IMG/VR virus record: IMGVR_UViG_3300030392_001937
Location: 1-34,501 of that record
DNA: 34,501 bases
Source: a virus
Lineage: Duplodnaviria > Caudoviricetes
Reading direction: 5' to 3' (one strand)
Positions 1 to 8,399 of the stretch are shown one piece after another. Numbering within the stretch: the first letter of the stretch is position 1; each line of letters opens with the position of its first letter. A model generated the notes under the pieces. That model was not told the origin of the DNA. It saw only the letters and a list, made by a program, of their open reading frames with translations, and did no database searches. The position numbers and the translations under genes are program-made.

Positions 1-1
1 C

Positions 2-778
2 CTGCCACTGCTCACGGGAGACTAGCCCCATCTCAGGAGCCATAGGGTGAGCGTATGCAAAGCTCTCAGCGAGTGCCGCGTCATCGTAGGAGTCGAAGAG
101 GCTCACCGGATCGTCAGAACCGCCACCGTCACCATCTACGCTCAGGACTCCCGTCGCAATTGCCAACCGCATACGGTCGTCGGTGCCCAATGCCGCCCCA
201 CTAGACCACACCATCGCCTGCGAATTGGAGTTATCCATACCAAAGGTCCAGACGACATCGGGATGTCCGACCTGGCGTCTCATCGTCACGCGGATATCGG
301 ATGTGGAGTCGGTGCCATCCACCAGCATATTAAGTGTGACATGGGAATTTGCCGCCGTGGCGGTGTTTTGGACAACCATGTCCATCGAGCCACCGGCATA
401 CGACCCATTCATGTTGAAATACTGCCCGCCCATATAAATATCTTCAGCAATCCCAACCCCACCGCCGACCACTAATGCCCCGGAGGTCGAGGACGACGAG
501 CCAGTGGTATCGTTGACGGCTACCGTCGTCCCGGTGCCGAATGACACAGCCACCGCGCCGTCCCCGTCGATAGCCAACTCACCCGTGCTGTGGGTCAGGG
601 TCACATCGCCGCCGTTAAAGTCGATGACGCCGCCTGAGGCGAGAAACAGGTCAGACCAGTTGAGGGCAGATGTGCCTAACGCGGCTCTATCGGTCGTGCC
701 CGGCACAATGGCTTGGTTTACACGCAAGACATGGTTGGTGCCGTTGTTGAAGAAGGCGGGTGCAACGTGTACTTTCAT
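2..778 (-). CDS. Tail fibre / receptor-binding-like virion protein, truncated by the window edge
   Basis: Absent from the ORF track because no stop lies in the window. Manual translation from ATG 778: MKVHVAPAFFNNGTNHVLRVNQAIVPGTTDRAALGTSALNWSDLFLASGGVIDFNGGDVTLTHS...TTGSSSSTSGALVVGGGVGIAEDIYMGG. G/S/T-rich beta segments typical of phage fibres. Confidence 0.65.
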   Translation of the reverse strand, partial: MKVHVAPAFFNNGTNHVLRVNQAIVPGTTDRAALGTSALNWSDLFLASGGVIDFNGGDVTLTHSTGELAIDGDGAVAVSFGTGTTVAVNDTTGSSSSTSGALVVGGGVGIAEDIYMGGQYFNMNGSYAGGSMDMVVQNTATAANSHVTLNMLVDGTDSTSDIRVTMRRQVGHPDVVWTFGMDNSNSQAMVWSSGAALGTDDRMRLAIATGVLSVDGDGGGSDDPVSLFDSYDDAALAESFAYAHPMAPEMGLVSREQWQ

Positions 779-787
779 GGCAGCCCC

Positions 788-1090
788 CTATGCCCGATCA
801 AAGCCGTCGAGCAACGGCCCCTGGATACGAGCGTTGGCCCCATCGACGTCGTTGATGAAGGAAAAGGCGTTTAGGAAGGACCCGTAGTCGTTGCCGACCA
901 GAAGTAGTTCGTCACCAACATTCATCAATTTGCCAACGTCGTTGGTGGGAGCAGTGCCGTCGGCACGCCATCGGAGGGCGTTGTCCTCACACTTGAGAGA
1001 CGCCTGGGTCACACTTGGACCAATGGTGCCAAGGCCACCAGCCGTATCGTCGGTCTTCGTTACGTCAACGTAGCCCACGTGGTTAGGCAT
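788..1090 (-). CDS. Small putative virion protein
   Basis: 100 aa; AGGAGG RBS upstream; LRWRADGTAPT motif recalled from small phage structural-region proteins. Confidence 0.6.
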   Translation of the reverse strand: MPNHVGYVDVTKTDDTAGGLGTIGPSVTQASLKCEDNALRWRADGTAPTNDVGKLMNVGDELLLVGNDYGSFLNAFSFINDVDGANARIQGPLLDGFDRA

Positions 1091-1160
1091 AGCGGGAGCC
1101 TCCTATTCATGTTCATCAGCGGAAGCTGGGGCAGTATTCAGTTGTTGGCGGAAGTATAAG

Positions 1161-1757
1161 CTACTTCCCACGGGAGTGCAAGGACGCCATGCGGCGTGTG
1201 GGACTCCACGGCTTATTCACGTGCCACAGACCCCTCCCCGCATCGTATTTGGCCTTCATGTCCTGGGGAGTCGGCGCCTCGATGGTATGCTTGCCGGCAT
1301 CGTAGAAGAGCGGGTCGCCACGGTGGTCCGGCACCATCAACTGCCACCGACTAACCTCTGCGCCAGTTGGGATGATGGCCGCCGCAGGCATATGTCCACC
1401 CCACTTCTGAGACATCGTCCTGAGCCAGACCTGGAAGATGCGTTCTCGGTCGAACCAGCCGTTCAGTAGCTGATACACGGCCGACTTGTACGCCTTCTCA
1501 GCCTCTCCCGGGTCATGTGGGGCCTGGTGGCGTTCGTTCTTGCACTTCAGGACGGACTCGGCCAAGATGTTCGCCCCTCCCTCCAGGCTCATGGCGCCGA
1601 TGGCGATGTCGTTGTCCAACCCGTCACCGACGAGGTGCATATGGCTCATGTCGCCTATCCAGTGCTCGATGTAAGCCCAGGGAGACAGAAAGCCACGCTC
1701 GGGGATCTGGTCCAAGAGAGGGACGAACGAAGGGTGGTATGCGTCGTGGGGGATCAT
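1161..1757 (-). CDS. Hypothetical protein
   Basis: 198 aa; ATGA overlap with the upstream gene; no recognised motif. Confidence 0.7.
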   Translation of the reverse strand: MIPHDAYHPSFVPLLDQIPERGFLSPWAYIEHWIGDMSHMHLVGDGLDNDIAIGAMSLEGGANILAESVLKCKNERHQAPHDPGEAEKAYKSAVYQLLNGWFDRERIFQVWLRTMSQKWGGHMPAAAIIPTGAEVSRWQLMVPDHRGDPLFYDAGKHTIEAPTPQDMKAKYDAGRGLWHVNKPWSPTRRMASLHSRGK

Positions 1758-2407
1758 TTCAATACCTCTTCTAGCGACTTGTAAGGTAGGGCCTTGTCGG
1801 TGTTCAGCCTTCCGCCCCGTGTGCAGTCTATTATACGACGGCCGTGATTCGATGCCGCCGTCGCTATGGCCGACATGGCTCGCACGGAAGTGTTACCCGT
1901 CTTCCGGCGGAAGTTGCGGCTTGCGTTGGGGTCCCACACGTAGCCGGTCTCGGTGAACTCAGACCCCAGGATGTAGATGTCTTGGTATCCCATCCAGAGA
2001 GCCAACTGCATCGCCGTACCGATACCAGACCCACCAGACACCAGCGGCGGGATCACGGTATCTAACCCAGGCACCCCCCCGCTGGTCACAGATGCATCGT
2101 ACCGCCGCGGTATCCACTCTACCTCTCGGCCGAATCGAGTCTTACGATCATGGAAGGCGAAACACTGCGTCTCAGGCAACGGCAGGAACGCGAACCTCTC
2201 TCGCTGGTGACGTCCCATGTGTCCCCTTTCCGACACCGACCAGTAGGTCAACGGGAACGGGAGTCCTGACCAGGCAGGCAGCTCGTTAATACCCCAGGTG
2301 TGTTCGCCGGCCAATTGTGGCAACAAGTCCATCTGGGACAGGAGCGACGGGCCTGACCCTATGAAGAAAAGCCTATTGCCAACCTGGGTGTCGTGGTAGG
2401 CGTTCAT
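1754..2407 (-). CDS. Maf/DUF115-like (sialyltransferase-fold) glycosyltransferase
   Basis: Motifs FFIGSGPSL, TWGINE and TAMQLALWMGYQDIYILGSEF match the Maf/DUF115/GT42-like pattern; ATGA-coupled to neuB. Confidence 0.7.
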   Translation of the reverse strand: MNAYHDTQVGNRLFFIGSGPSLLSQMDLLPQLAGEHTWGINELPAWSGLPFPLTYWSVSERGHMGRHQRERFAFLPLPETQCFAFHDRKTRFGREVEWIPRRYDASVTSGGVPGLDTVIPPLVSGGSGIGTAMQLALWMGYQDIYILGSEFTETGYVWDPNASRNFRRKTGNTSVRAMSAIATAASNHGRRIIDCTRGGRLNTDKALPYKSLEEVLK

Positions 2408-3510
2408 CGGGTGTACGCAGGCTCTGGGTGCGCTGTAACGCTGTCGGGTACGACCTTGCTACCGCCCTGGTAGAAGCCCTTGGCGAGCCTTCCGACATAC
2501 TGGCCCCCCTCGTAAGGAGGGACCCCGCCGCCAGGGCAGAGGGCAATAAGATGCTCCTTGGAGACCATCTGCCCATCTTCGATGTCCTTGGCCCAGTACA
2601 AAGACTTCTGACGCTCCACAGCGTAGTCCAACTCTCGAGGATCTACGGACTTGACCGGACTCCCCATTGCCTCCCGTGCGCTCTCACAGGCGTCCACAAA
2701 GTCTCGTAGGCCCCCGATGCGCAGGGAGAAGTGGTTGTCGGTGCCCTGCCATGCCTGGTCGTTGGTGTAATGGTGCTCGAAGATACGAGCCCCCAGCATG
2801 TACGCCGCAAAGGACGTGTGCCAACTCCGGTTGTGGCTGGAGAGCCCTATGACCCGACTCGGGAACATCTCCCTATACGTCTCAATCACCCGCAGGTTCA
2901 TTATGTCGTCCGGCGCCGGGTAGATACAAGAGCACTGAAGTATGGCGTAGGGAATCGGGCGTGGATCAGTGGCCCCGAACGGGTTCAGCAGTGCGCGGCG
3001 AATACGGACGACATCTTCAATGTTACAGCCACCAGTAGAGATGATAAGGGGCTTGCCTTTGGAGGCTGCGTACTTGATGAGGGGGATGTTGGTCGCGTCC
3101 CCGCTGGCTATCTTGAAGACCGACACTCCGAGACTGTCGAGCCGGTCCACACTGCTCTTGTCGAACGGGGTGGCGAACGCCGTGATACCGGCTTTCTTGC
3201 AGTGAGCGAACAGTTCAGCCCACTGCTCGTAGGTGAACTCCAGCGCCTCACGGTGCTTCCCATAGACCGGGTCCACCCACTGGGGATTGTCGGACTCGTA
3301 GTAGTAGGCCCCCTTCTCTGAGGAGGGGGCGTAGACCTCCTTCGGAGTCCTCATCTGGAACTTGACCGCGGAGGCTCCCCCCTGCTGCGCCGTGTTCACC
3401 ATGTCCTTCGCACGATAGAGGTCTCCACCGTGGTTGTGGCCGATCTCCGCACATACCCACGCCGGTTCGTCATCAGCGATGCGCCGGCCGTCTATCACCA
3501 TTTCTCTCAT
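2404..3510 (-). CDS. neuB: NeuB/SpsE-family nonulosonate (sialic acid) synthase with C-terminal SAF-like domain
   Basis: Motifs AEIGHNHGGD, AVKFQ, FATPFD, KIASGD, IISTGG, LQCSCIYP, GLSSH, IFEHHYT, GTDNHFSL; C-terminal KSLYWAKDI...CPGGGVPP. Confidence 0.93.
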   Translation of the reverse strand: MREMVIDGRRIADDEPAWVCAEIGHNHGGDLYRAKDMVNTAQQGGASAVKFQMRTPKEVYAPSSEKGAYYYESDNPQWVDPVYGKHREALEFTYEQWAELFAHCKKAGITAFATPFDKSSVDRLDSLGVSVFKIASGDATNIPLIKYAASKGKPLIISTGGCNIEDVVRIRRALLNPFGATDPRPIPYAILQCSCIYPAPDDIMNLRVIETYREMFPSRVIGLSSHNRSWHTSFAAYMLGARIFEHHYTNDQAWQGTDNHFSLRIGGLRDFVDACESAREAMGSPVKSVDPRELDYAVERQKSLYWAKDIEDGQMVSKEHLIALCPGGGVPPYEGGQYVGRLAKGFYQGGSKVVPDSVTAHPEPAYTR

Positions 3511-4205
3511 GACGGCCTCACGAATAGGTACATCTCTACCTCTTGGTCTTCGGCAGGGAGAGGCTTGGGGAGAGGCTTGGGGAGAGGCTTGGGCAGCAGT
3601 CCGGCAGACCGTAGGTGCTGCTGTATCCAGACGATGCTCTCCTGTGTCCCCTCGACCAGTACCGATCTCAATTGAGGAGAGTTGAGGGTCAGCCCCGCCC
3701 CTATGAGTACCCGGTTCTCGTAACCGTCAACGTCGATCTTAATGTGGTTCGGGAGGGGGATGCCCCACATATTGAGATCGTCGGCTTGTACCGGCACCAC
3801 TGGCTGCTGCACCCGAGCTCTGCCGTTGGGCTCATACGTGTGTAGGGCGGCTCCGGGGGAAGGGTCGCTCATGTACATGGTCAATATCTCGTGTTGGTCC
3901 CACAAGGCCAGAGGAAGTGCTATCACCTTGCCCAACAGAGTCTTCTCGTTGAGCTCTACGTTCTGGAGAAGCCGCACGTAGTTGGACCCCTCCGGCTCAA
4001 AGGCGTAGACCGTAGCCCCTAAGTGAGCCGCTATGAGCGAGTACGGCCCCACGTTGGCCCCCACGTCGTAGAAGATATCACCCGGGCGGACGTAGTCCTC
4101 CATCCACTTGACCGTCTGTGGCTCTTTCTCTGCGGCGTGTTGGCGCCACTTACCCTCCCATTCGGTCACGATGAGCATCTTGAGATCAGCTCCGGTGTAG
4201 TCCAT
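3507..4205 (-). CDS. FkbM-family SAM-dependent methyltransferase
   Basis: FYDVGANVGPYSL, VYAFEP and HIKIDVDGYE motifs; start reassigned to ATG 4205, just after the upstream stop at 4210. Confidence 0.9.
   Translation of the reverse strand: MDYTGADLKMLIVTEWEGKWRQHAAEKEPQTVKWMEDYVRPGDIFYDVGANVGPYSLIAAHLGATVYAFEPEGSNYVRLLQNVELNEKTLLGKVIALPLALWDQHEILTMYMSDPSPGAALHTYEPNGRARVQQPVVPVQADDLNMWGIPLPNHIKIDVDGYENRVLIGAGLTLNSPQLRSVLVEGTQESIVWIQQHLRSAGLLPKPLPKPLPKPLPAEDQEVEMYLFVRPS
3556..3593. repeat. 3 x 12-bp perfect tandem repeat (GGGAGAGGCTTG) encoding PKPL x3
   Basis: Read directly at 3556-3567, 3568-3579 and 3580-3591, plus 2 further matching bases. Confidence 0.95.
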
Positions 4206-4209
4206 TGAC

Positions 4210-5040
4210 CTAATCGGCAACTGCCACCTCCGCCAGATCGAGAGATTCAGCCTTCTTCCTCGTAGGCTGGTAGATCGGGATTGCCTCATGTTTGTAGTCG
4301 GAGGGTATCGGCGCGTCTGTGTCCAGAATATAGCTAGGAGCACCCAGCATCGACGACCCTGTAGGCGGCAGAGTAACGGTAATCCCAAGCCCTGTCGCCA
4401 TGCCAAGATAGAACTCGGTGGAGGGTTTCTGCCAGAAGTATTCGGTTCCGACACTCAGTTCGATGCCAGCCAGTCGTATTTCGTCCAGCGTGTCGCCCTG
4501 GAGATGCTCGTGTAGAGCTAGGGCCAGCATGTATGAGATCGTACTGGTTGAGTAGAGTTGCTTCCCGTCTCCCCAGGGCCGGCCGACGGACTCGGCTATG
4601 GCTTCTACCGGGTACTTGACTGCGCTGGGAATGTCTTCTTGGGGGAATAGCATGTAGACCGGTTTCTGACACTCCCGAAGGAACTGACGGTGCTTGGCGT
4701 TACGCCCGAAGCAGTTCAGGTCCCGAGGGTCGATCCGCTTGTTCATCTTGTTGAACTTGAGAATCCGCTCGGCGTCCTTCCAATCAGGAGGGTGTAGTTG
4801 AAACATACGGTCGTATCGGGGCAGAAACATGTGAGTATGACTGTCCCCACAGCGACAGGCGTTTGGGTCGTAGCAAGCGCACTTGATCATAGAGGTGCGC
4901 CCCAGTTCGTTGGTGGCCTTGAGCTTCTCGGTGCAGTTGTGGGTTTCGTTGAGGCCCCACAACTGCACGGTGTCAGGCTGATCAGTCGCCCACTCCCGGT
5001 TGATATCAGAAAACCCTACGAGACAGATACGCTTACCCAT
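4210..5040 (-). CDS. Phage protein with a probable sialyltransferase-like Rossmann fold
   Basis: Start at ATG 5040 after GGAAAGGTGG. KRICLVGFS...LWGLNE and YSTSTISYMLALAL...IRLAGIEL...EYFWQKP echo the motif order of the 1754-2407 protein. Confidence 0.55.
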   Translation of the reverse strand: MGKRICLVGFSDINREWATDQPDTVQLWGLNETHNCTEKLKATNELGRTSMIKCACYDPNACRCGDSHTHMFLPRYDRMFQLHPPDWKDAERILKFNKMNKRIDPRDLNCFGRNAKHRQFLRECQKPVYMLFPQEDIPSAVKYPVEAIAESVGRPWGDGKQLYSTSTISYMLALALHEHLQGDTLDEIRLAGIELSVGTEYFWQKPSTEFYLGMATGLGITVTLPPTGSSMLGAPSYILDTDAPIPSDYKHEAIPIYQPTRKKAESLDLAEVAVAD

Positions 5041-5260
5041 AAGCCACCTTTCCTGAGAACCGATACCAGAGGTTGCCAATCTTGGAGAGGATTCGCTGGA
5101 TGGCAACAGAAGAGCCGTTGCCAGATACCCGCGACCTCCATTCGGTGAACGCCTGCCACCGAATAGACTTTATCGCTGATACCAACAACGGCTCCCCGTT
5201 CCGTACGGGCATGGCCGAGGTGACCTGCGGCGCACCTCGTGCATCAAGCCTTATTTGCAT
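5033..5260 (-). CDS. Small hypothetical protein
   Basis: 75-aa ORF that fills the gap between flanking co-oriented genes. Confidence 0.45.
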   Translation of the reverse strand: MQIRLDARGAPQVTSAMPVRNGEPLLVSAIKSIRWQAFTEWRSRVSGNGSSVAIQRILSKIGNLWYRFSGKVAYG

Positions 5261-5265
5261 ACGGA

Positions 5266-6102
5266 CTAGCCTCGGATGGTGAGCATCACCTTGAGCAGGT
5301 CTCCGTCGCCGGGAATGCCCTCGAGCGCGTACCCGATGCGCGGGCGAGATGCCAGAGCGGCTACCCCCGTTACGGTCGCGGTCGCAGCTATGGTGATAGT
5401 GCTCTTGGGAGATCCAACTACGTCACCAGCGGTTGCCCCAACCCCTCCAAGGACTTCCTCACCGACTACGGCCGCCACTAAGTCGTTATACCTGAGAGCG
5501 GCCGGCCCAGCAGTCTGGAGCCAGAAGTAGCTGCCCGCAACAATCGTTGTGGGGACGGCTCCAACGACAAGGCCGGTCTGAATGGTCGCGGGGACCACGA
5601 TGACCGAAGCGTAGGGGTTGTTAGTGAACGCTAGCTTCGACACGGTGGTAAGGGCCGCCACCGCGAGGGTGTCGTCGGGATGTAGTCGAATGACCGACTC
5701 GGTCGCCGAGTTGCCTCCATCCGGGTCAGACGCGATCCGGTACATGCCCGAGCCGGGTGTGGTCTCGACGGTCATGTAACCATCGGTGTATTCGCCCGCT
5801 GCCTTGGTGACTGCGGGGCTGCTAGACCACGCGACACCAATGTTGGCCGAACCCAGCGGGATGTTCCCCTCGGTGGAGTCCCAGTCTCCGACGGTTTTGG
5901 AGGGGGTCTGGGCAAGGTTTGCGCCAATTCCCACCTTAGCCTGCACCAGAGTGTTGGCAGTCAGCGCGGTGGCGCCCGCCTGGGCATAGTAGAAAACACG
6001 GGCATCTGGGGTCACGCCCTTCTGACCCAAAGTTCGGAACTTGGTTGTCGTGGTCACCTTCTCTTCGCCGAAACGAAGAGTAACCGCATGTTCATTAGGC
6101 AT
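5266..6102 (-). CDS. Putative capsid decoration/cement protein
   Basis: A/G/T/V-rich; GQKGVTPDARVFYYAQAG and GSYFWLQTAGPA motifs; AAGGAG RBS; lies downstream of the major capsid gene. Confidence 0.6.
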   Translation of the reverse strand: MPNEHAVTLRFGEEKVTTTTKFRTLGQKGVTPDARVFYYAQAGATALTANTLVQAKVGIGANLAQTPSKTVGDWDSTEGNIPLGSANIGVAWSSSPAVTKAAGEYTDGYMTVETTPGSGMYRIASDPDGGNSATESVIRLHPDDTLAVAALTTVSKLAFTNNPYASVIVVPATIQTGLVVGAVPTTIVAGSYFWLQTAGPAALRYNDLVAAVVGEEVLGGVGATAGDVVGSPKSTITIAATATVTGVAALASRPRIGYALEGIPGDGDLLKVMLTIRG

Positions 6103-6135
6103 ATCTAATTCTCCTTGTCAGGGCTCTTACGTCCC

Positions 6136-6858
6136 CTAACGAGCCGATCTGTTCACGGGGCCTCGGCCCGATGTCACAGCCCCAGCTTTTGGTTTGGATT
6201 CGTTCGGTGAATGATACAGGGGCGGGTGTACCGCCGTCCTGATCTTGTGCCCTCTCATGTGCTGCTCCATCTGCCGTTGCTGGTGCGGTTGGAATCCCGA
6301 ACCGTGGATGAAACAGAACCACTCGTACTTCTTGGCGTGCGCCTTCACCTCATCAGGGATCTCTTCCCTTGGGAGTTCCTCGTATCGCTCACAGTGCCTG
6401 AGGTAACCCTTCCATGTGGCGAATCTGCGGACGTCGTCCTTGCCGTGGCTGCACTCAAAGGTTCGGCTTGGAGCCGGTGCTGCGAGGCTAGGCTCAGACG
6501 CATCGTCAACACTCTCAAGCTCGTCGTTAGACGACCAGCCGGGCGGACGAAAGCGGAGCCCTCTTTCAAGGTAGCCTGCGACCTGCGCGGGGTTCTCACA
6601 CCGCAATGGTCCGACACGGGTCCACTCTCCTTTGGAGTCCTCCCAGTGCCGGTCCTGACCCTCCCCTTCGATCCGTTTCCTGATCGACTGATGCCAGAAG
6701 TAAGCCTCACCTGGGCCGTCCCATTCAGGTTCCCTCAAGTCCTCCGCGGCCGTGCCGTGGTTCTTCTCAAGTTCACGCCTCATGTTGAGCCATGTGGTGT
6801 GGCGAAAGTGCCGAAGCACCTCCGCCTGATCAACTCTCCTCGCAACCTGGGTGGTCAT
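6136..6858 (-). CDS. Hypothetical protein with C2H2-like Cys/His motifs
   Basis: FECSHG...YLRHC and WFCFIHG...EQHMRGH; ATGA-coupled to the upstream gene. Confidence 0.65.
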   Translation of the reverse strand: MTTQVARRVDQAEVLRHFRHTTWLNMRRELEKNHGTAAEDLREPEWDGPGEAYFWHQSIRKRIEGEGQDRHWEDSKGEWTRVGPLRCENPAQVAGYLERGLRFRPPGWSSNDELESVDDASEPSLAAPAPSRTFECSHGKDDVRRFATWKGYLRHCERYEELPREEIPDEVKAHAKKYEWFCFIHGSGFQPHQQRQMEQHMRGHKIRTAVHPPLYHSPNESKPKAGAVTSGRGPVNRSAR

Positions 6859-7466
6859 TTGTGTCGCCTGCCGCCTCTTCTGCCGCGCCTTTGCTTTCCG
6901 GAAGCATGTCGCGGCGTCCTCGACCCCTGGAGCTCAGCCGGGACGGGAGTGGCGCTAACCACTGCCGTCGCACGCGGCTCCAAGCCGTACCTCATGGTTC
7001 TCTCTTCTCTCGCATCTACATGGGCATCGCCGATAGACTGGCTGTACGACTCGATGTGACGCTGCCCCTGGTTCTTGCGAAGCAGGAACTCACCACCGCA
7101 AGCCGTACAGACCTGTCCACTGTTGCCGTCTCTGGCGAAGGGTTGCAACTCTGCATCTGCATGGTCACTAACCTTCTGTCTCACCAGGGCTATATGTTGA
7201 TCTACCTGCCCGTTGACGGTGCCGGTAGACCCACAAGCCGAGCAATACAAGACCACCATTTTCAGGTATATCTTGTGCGCAGCCTCTTCGCTTATCGGCT
7301 CACTCCAGTGCGCTTCAAGGTTGTCCCACATTCGGACGTTCCCGCTGTGGCGGGTCTCTTTGCGCCAAGACCCATTTGCGTCTTCCCATTGGTCAACGTC
7401 ATCAATCGCAACGTCAGCAACCTGGGCTCGGCGCCGCTTTTCGTCTCGCAGGTCACTAAGGACCAT
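6855..7466 (-). CDS. Hypothetical protein with two CxxC...H motifs
   Basis: YCSACG...DQHI and VCTACG...QRHI; basic C-terminal tail. Confidence 0.65.
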   Translation of the reverse strand: MVLSDLRDEKRRRAQVADVAIDDVDQWEDANGSWRKETRHSGNVRMWDNLEAHWSEPISEEAAHKIYLKMVVLYCSACGSTGTVNGQVDQHIALVRQKVSDHADAELQPFARDGNSGQVCTACGGEFLLRKNQGQRHIESYSQSIGDAHVDAREERTMRYGLEPRATAVVSATPVPAELQGSRTPRHASGKQRRGRRGGRRHK

Positions 7467-7475
7467 CTATTCCGC

Positions 7476-8384
7476 CTAAGCGAAGGTTGCGACCGTGTCG
7501 GAGAAGATCTCTACTCCGTGTACGTCGATTTGGAGCGCCTCGCCCCAGGACTTGAACAGGCCGAACTCGGTGATGCGGGCCGACTCGTCGGTCTCGTCTA
7601 CCGCCTCTGCCCCGCCTTCCTCGACCAGGACCAGCGAGTTCTGGTGCTTGATGGTGCCCTTGCTGTCGCCGGACGTAGCGTCACGAGCGATGTTGCCGCT
7701 GTGCCAGATGGCAACCCCGTAGAGGCGGTCGTTGCCTCGCCACCACCCCTTGATCAGCTCGTTGAACGGGCCGGTGGGGCGGGCAAGAGAATTCGCGGCC
7801 CCACCAGCGCCGGGGTCGGTGATATCGAGGATGATGTCGCTGATCTGCTCGATGTGCAAAGCCGCGTGAACCGGCATCGGCGCCGGGCCGTAGGCCGAGC
7901 TGTTATCGGTTAGCAGATACGCCACCGCACCACGGAAGTGCCCGATGTCCAGGACGCTGCCTGCACCCGGTGCACTCTGGGTAAACGTGTCGTAGAGCGT
8001 GATGACGTCGTTGGCCTCGCGCCGTCGCAGAGACCCGCCCATCTGTTCCCCCGCCACGCTGCGGACCTGGGCGTCCATCTGACGCCTCATCTCTCTCTTG
8101 GAGATGGTGACCTGAATCCCGTGCTCGGAAGGCTCAATGGTGATGTAGTTCGTAGAGAGCTGTTCCGAACTCTGGAGGTCCACCGATTCCTGGAGCGCAC
8201 TGGCCTGGGCCAGACGTGCAAAGATCCCGAGGTTAGCCTGACGGTGTCCCTCAGGAAGCTGCTCGACGCGAACCAAGTCGGGGTCGGGAGCGGCAGCCTC
8301 GAACGCCATACCGGCCCCGGCAATCAGGGTCTGTTGACCCGATGTAAGGGTACTTGAATCTGTATAGGTAACTCCCGTAGCCAC
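7476..8384 (-). CDS. Major capsid protein (HK97 fold)
   Basis: 302 aa; AAGGAGG RBS; follows a scaffold-like gene; ASALQESVDL...ITIEPSEHGIQVTIS...MGGSLRRREANDVI and late LYGVAIWHSGNI pattern typical of MCPs. Confidence 0.85.
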   Translation of the reverse strand: MATGVTYTDSSTLTSGQQTLIAGAGMAFEAAAPDPDLVRVEQLPEGHRQANLGIFARLAQASALQESVDLQSSEQLSTNYITIEPSEHGIQVTISKREMRRQMDAQVRSVAGEQMGGSLRRREANDVITLYDTFTQSAPGAGSVLDIGHFRGAVAYLLTDNSSAYGPAPMPVHAALHIEQISDIILDITDPGAGGAANSLARPTGPFNELIKGWWRGNDRLYGVAIWHSGNIARDATSGDSKGTIKHQNSLVLVEEGGAEAVDETDESARITEFGLFKSWGEALQIDVHGVEIFSDTVATFA

Positions 8385-8399
8385 AGGAGTGCCTCCTTT

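Noticed and set aside
1754-2407. MptE pterin diphosphokinase annotation
   Set aside because: DUF115 covers both MptE and Maf-like proteins; coupling to neuB and absence of pterin genes favour a transferase.
4206-4454. N-terminal 83 codons of the 315-aa ORF
   Set aside because: Overlaps the upstream gene; the FkbM domain starts after ATG 4205.
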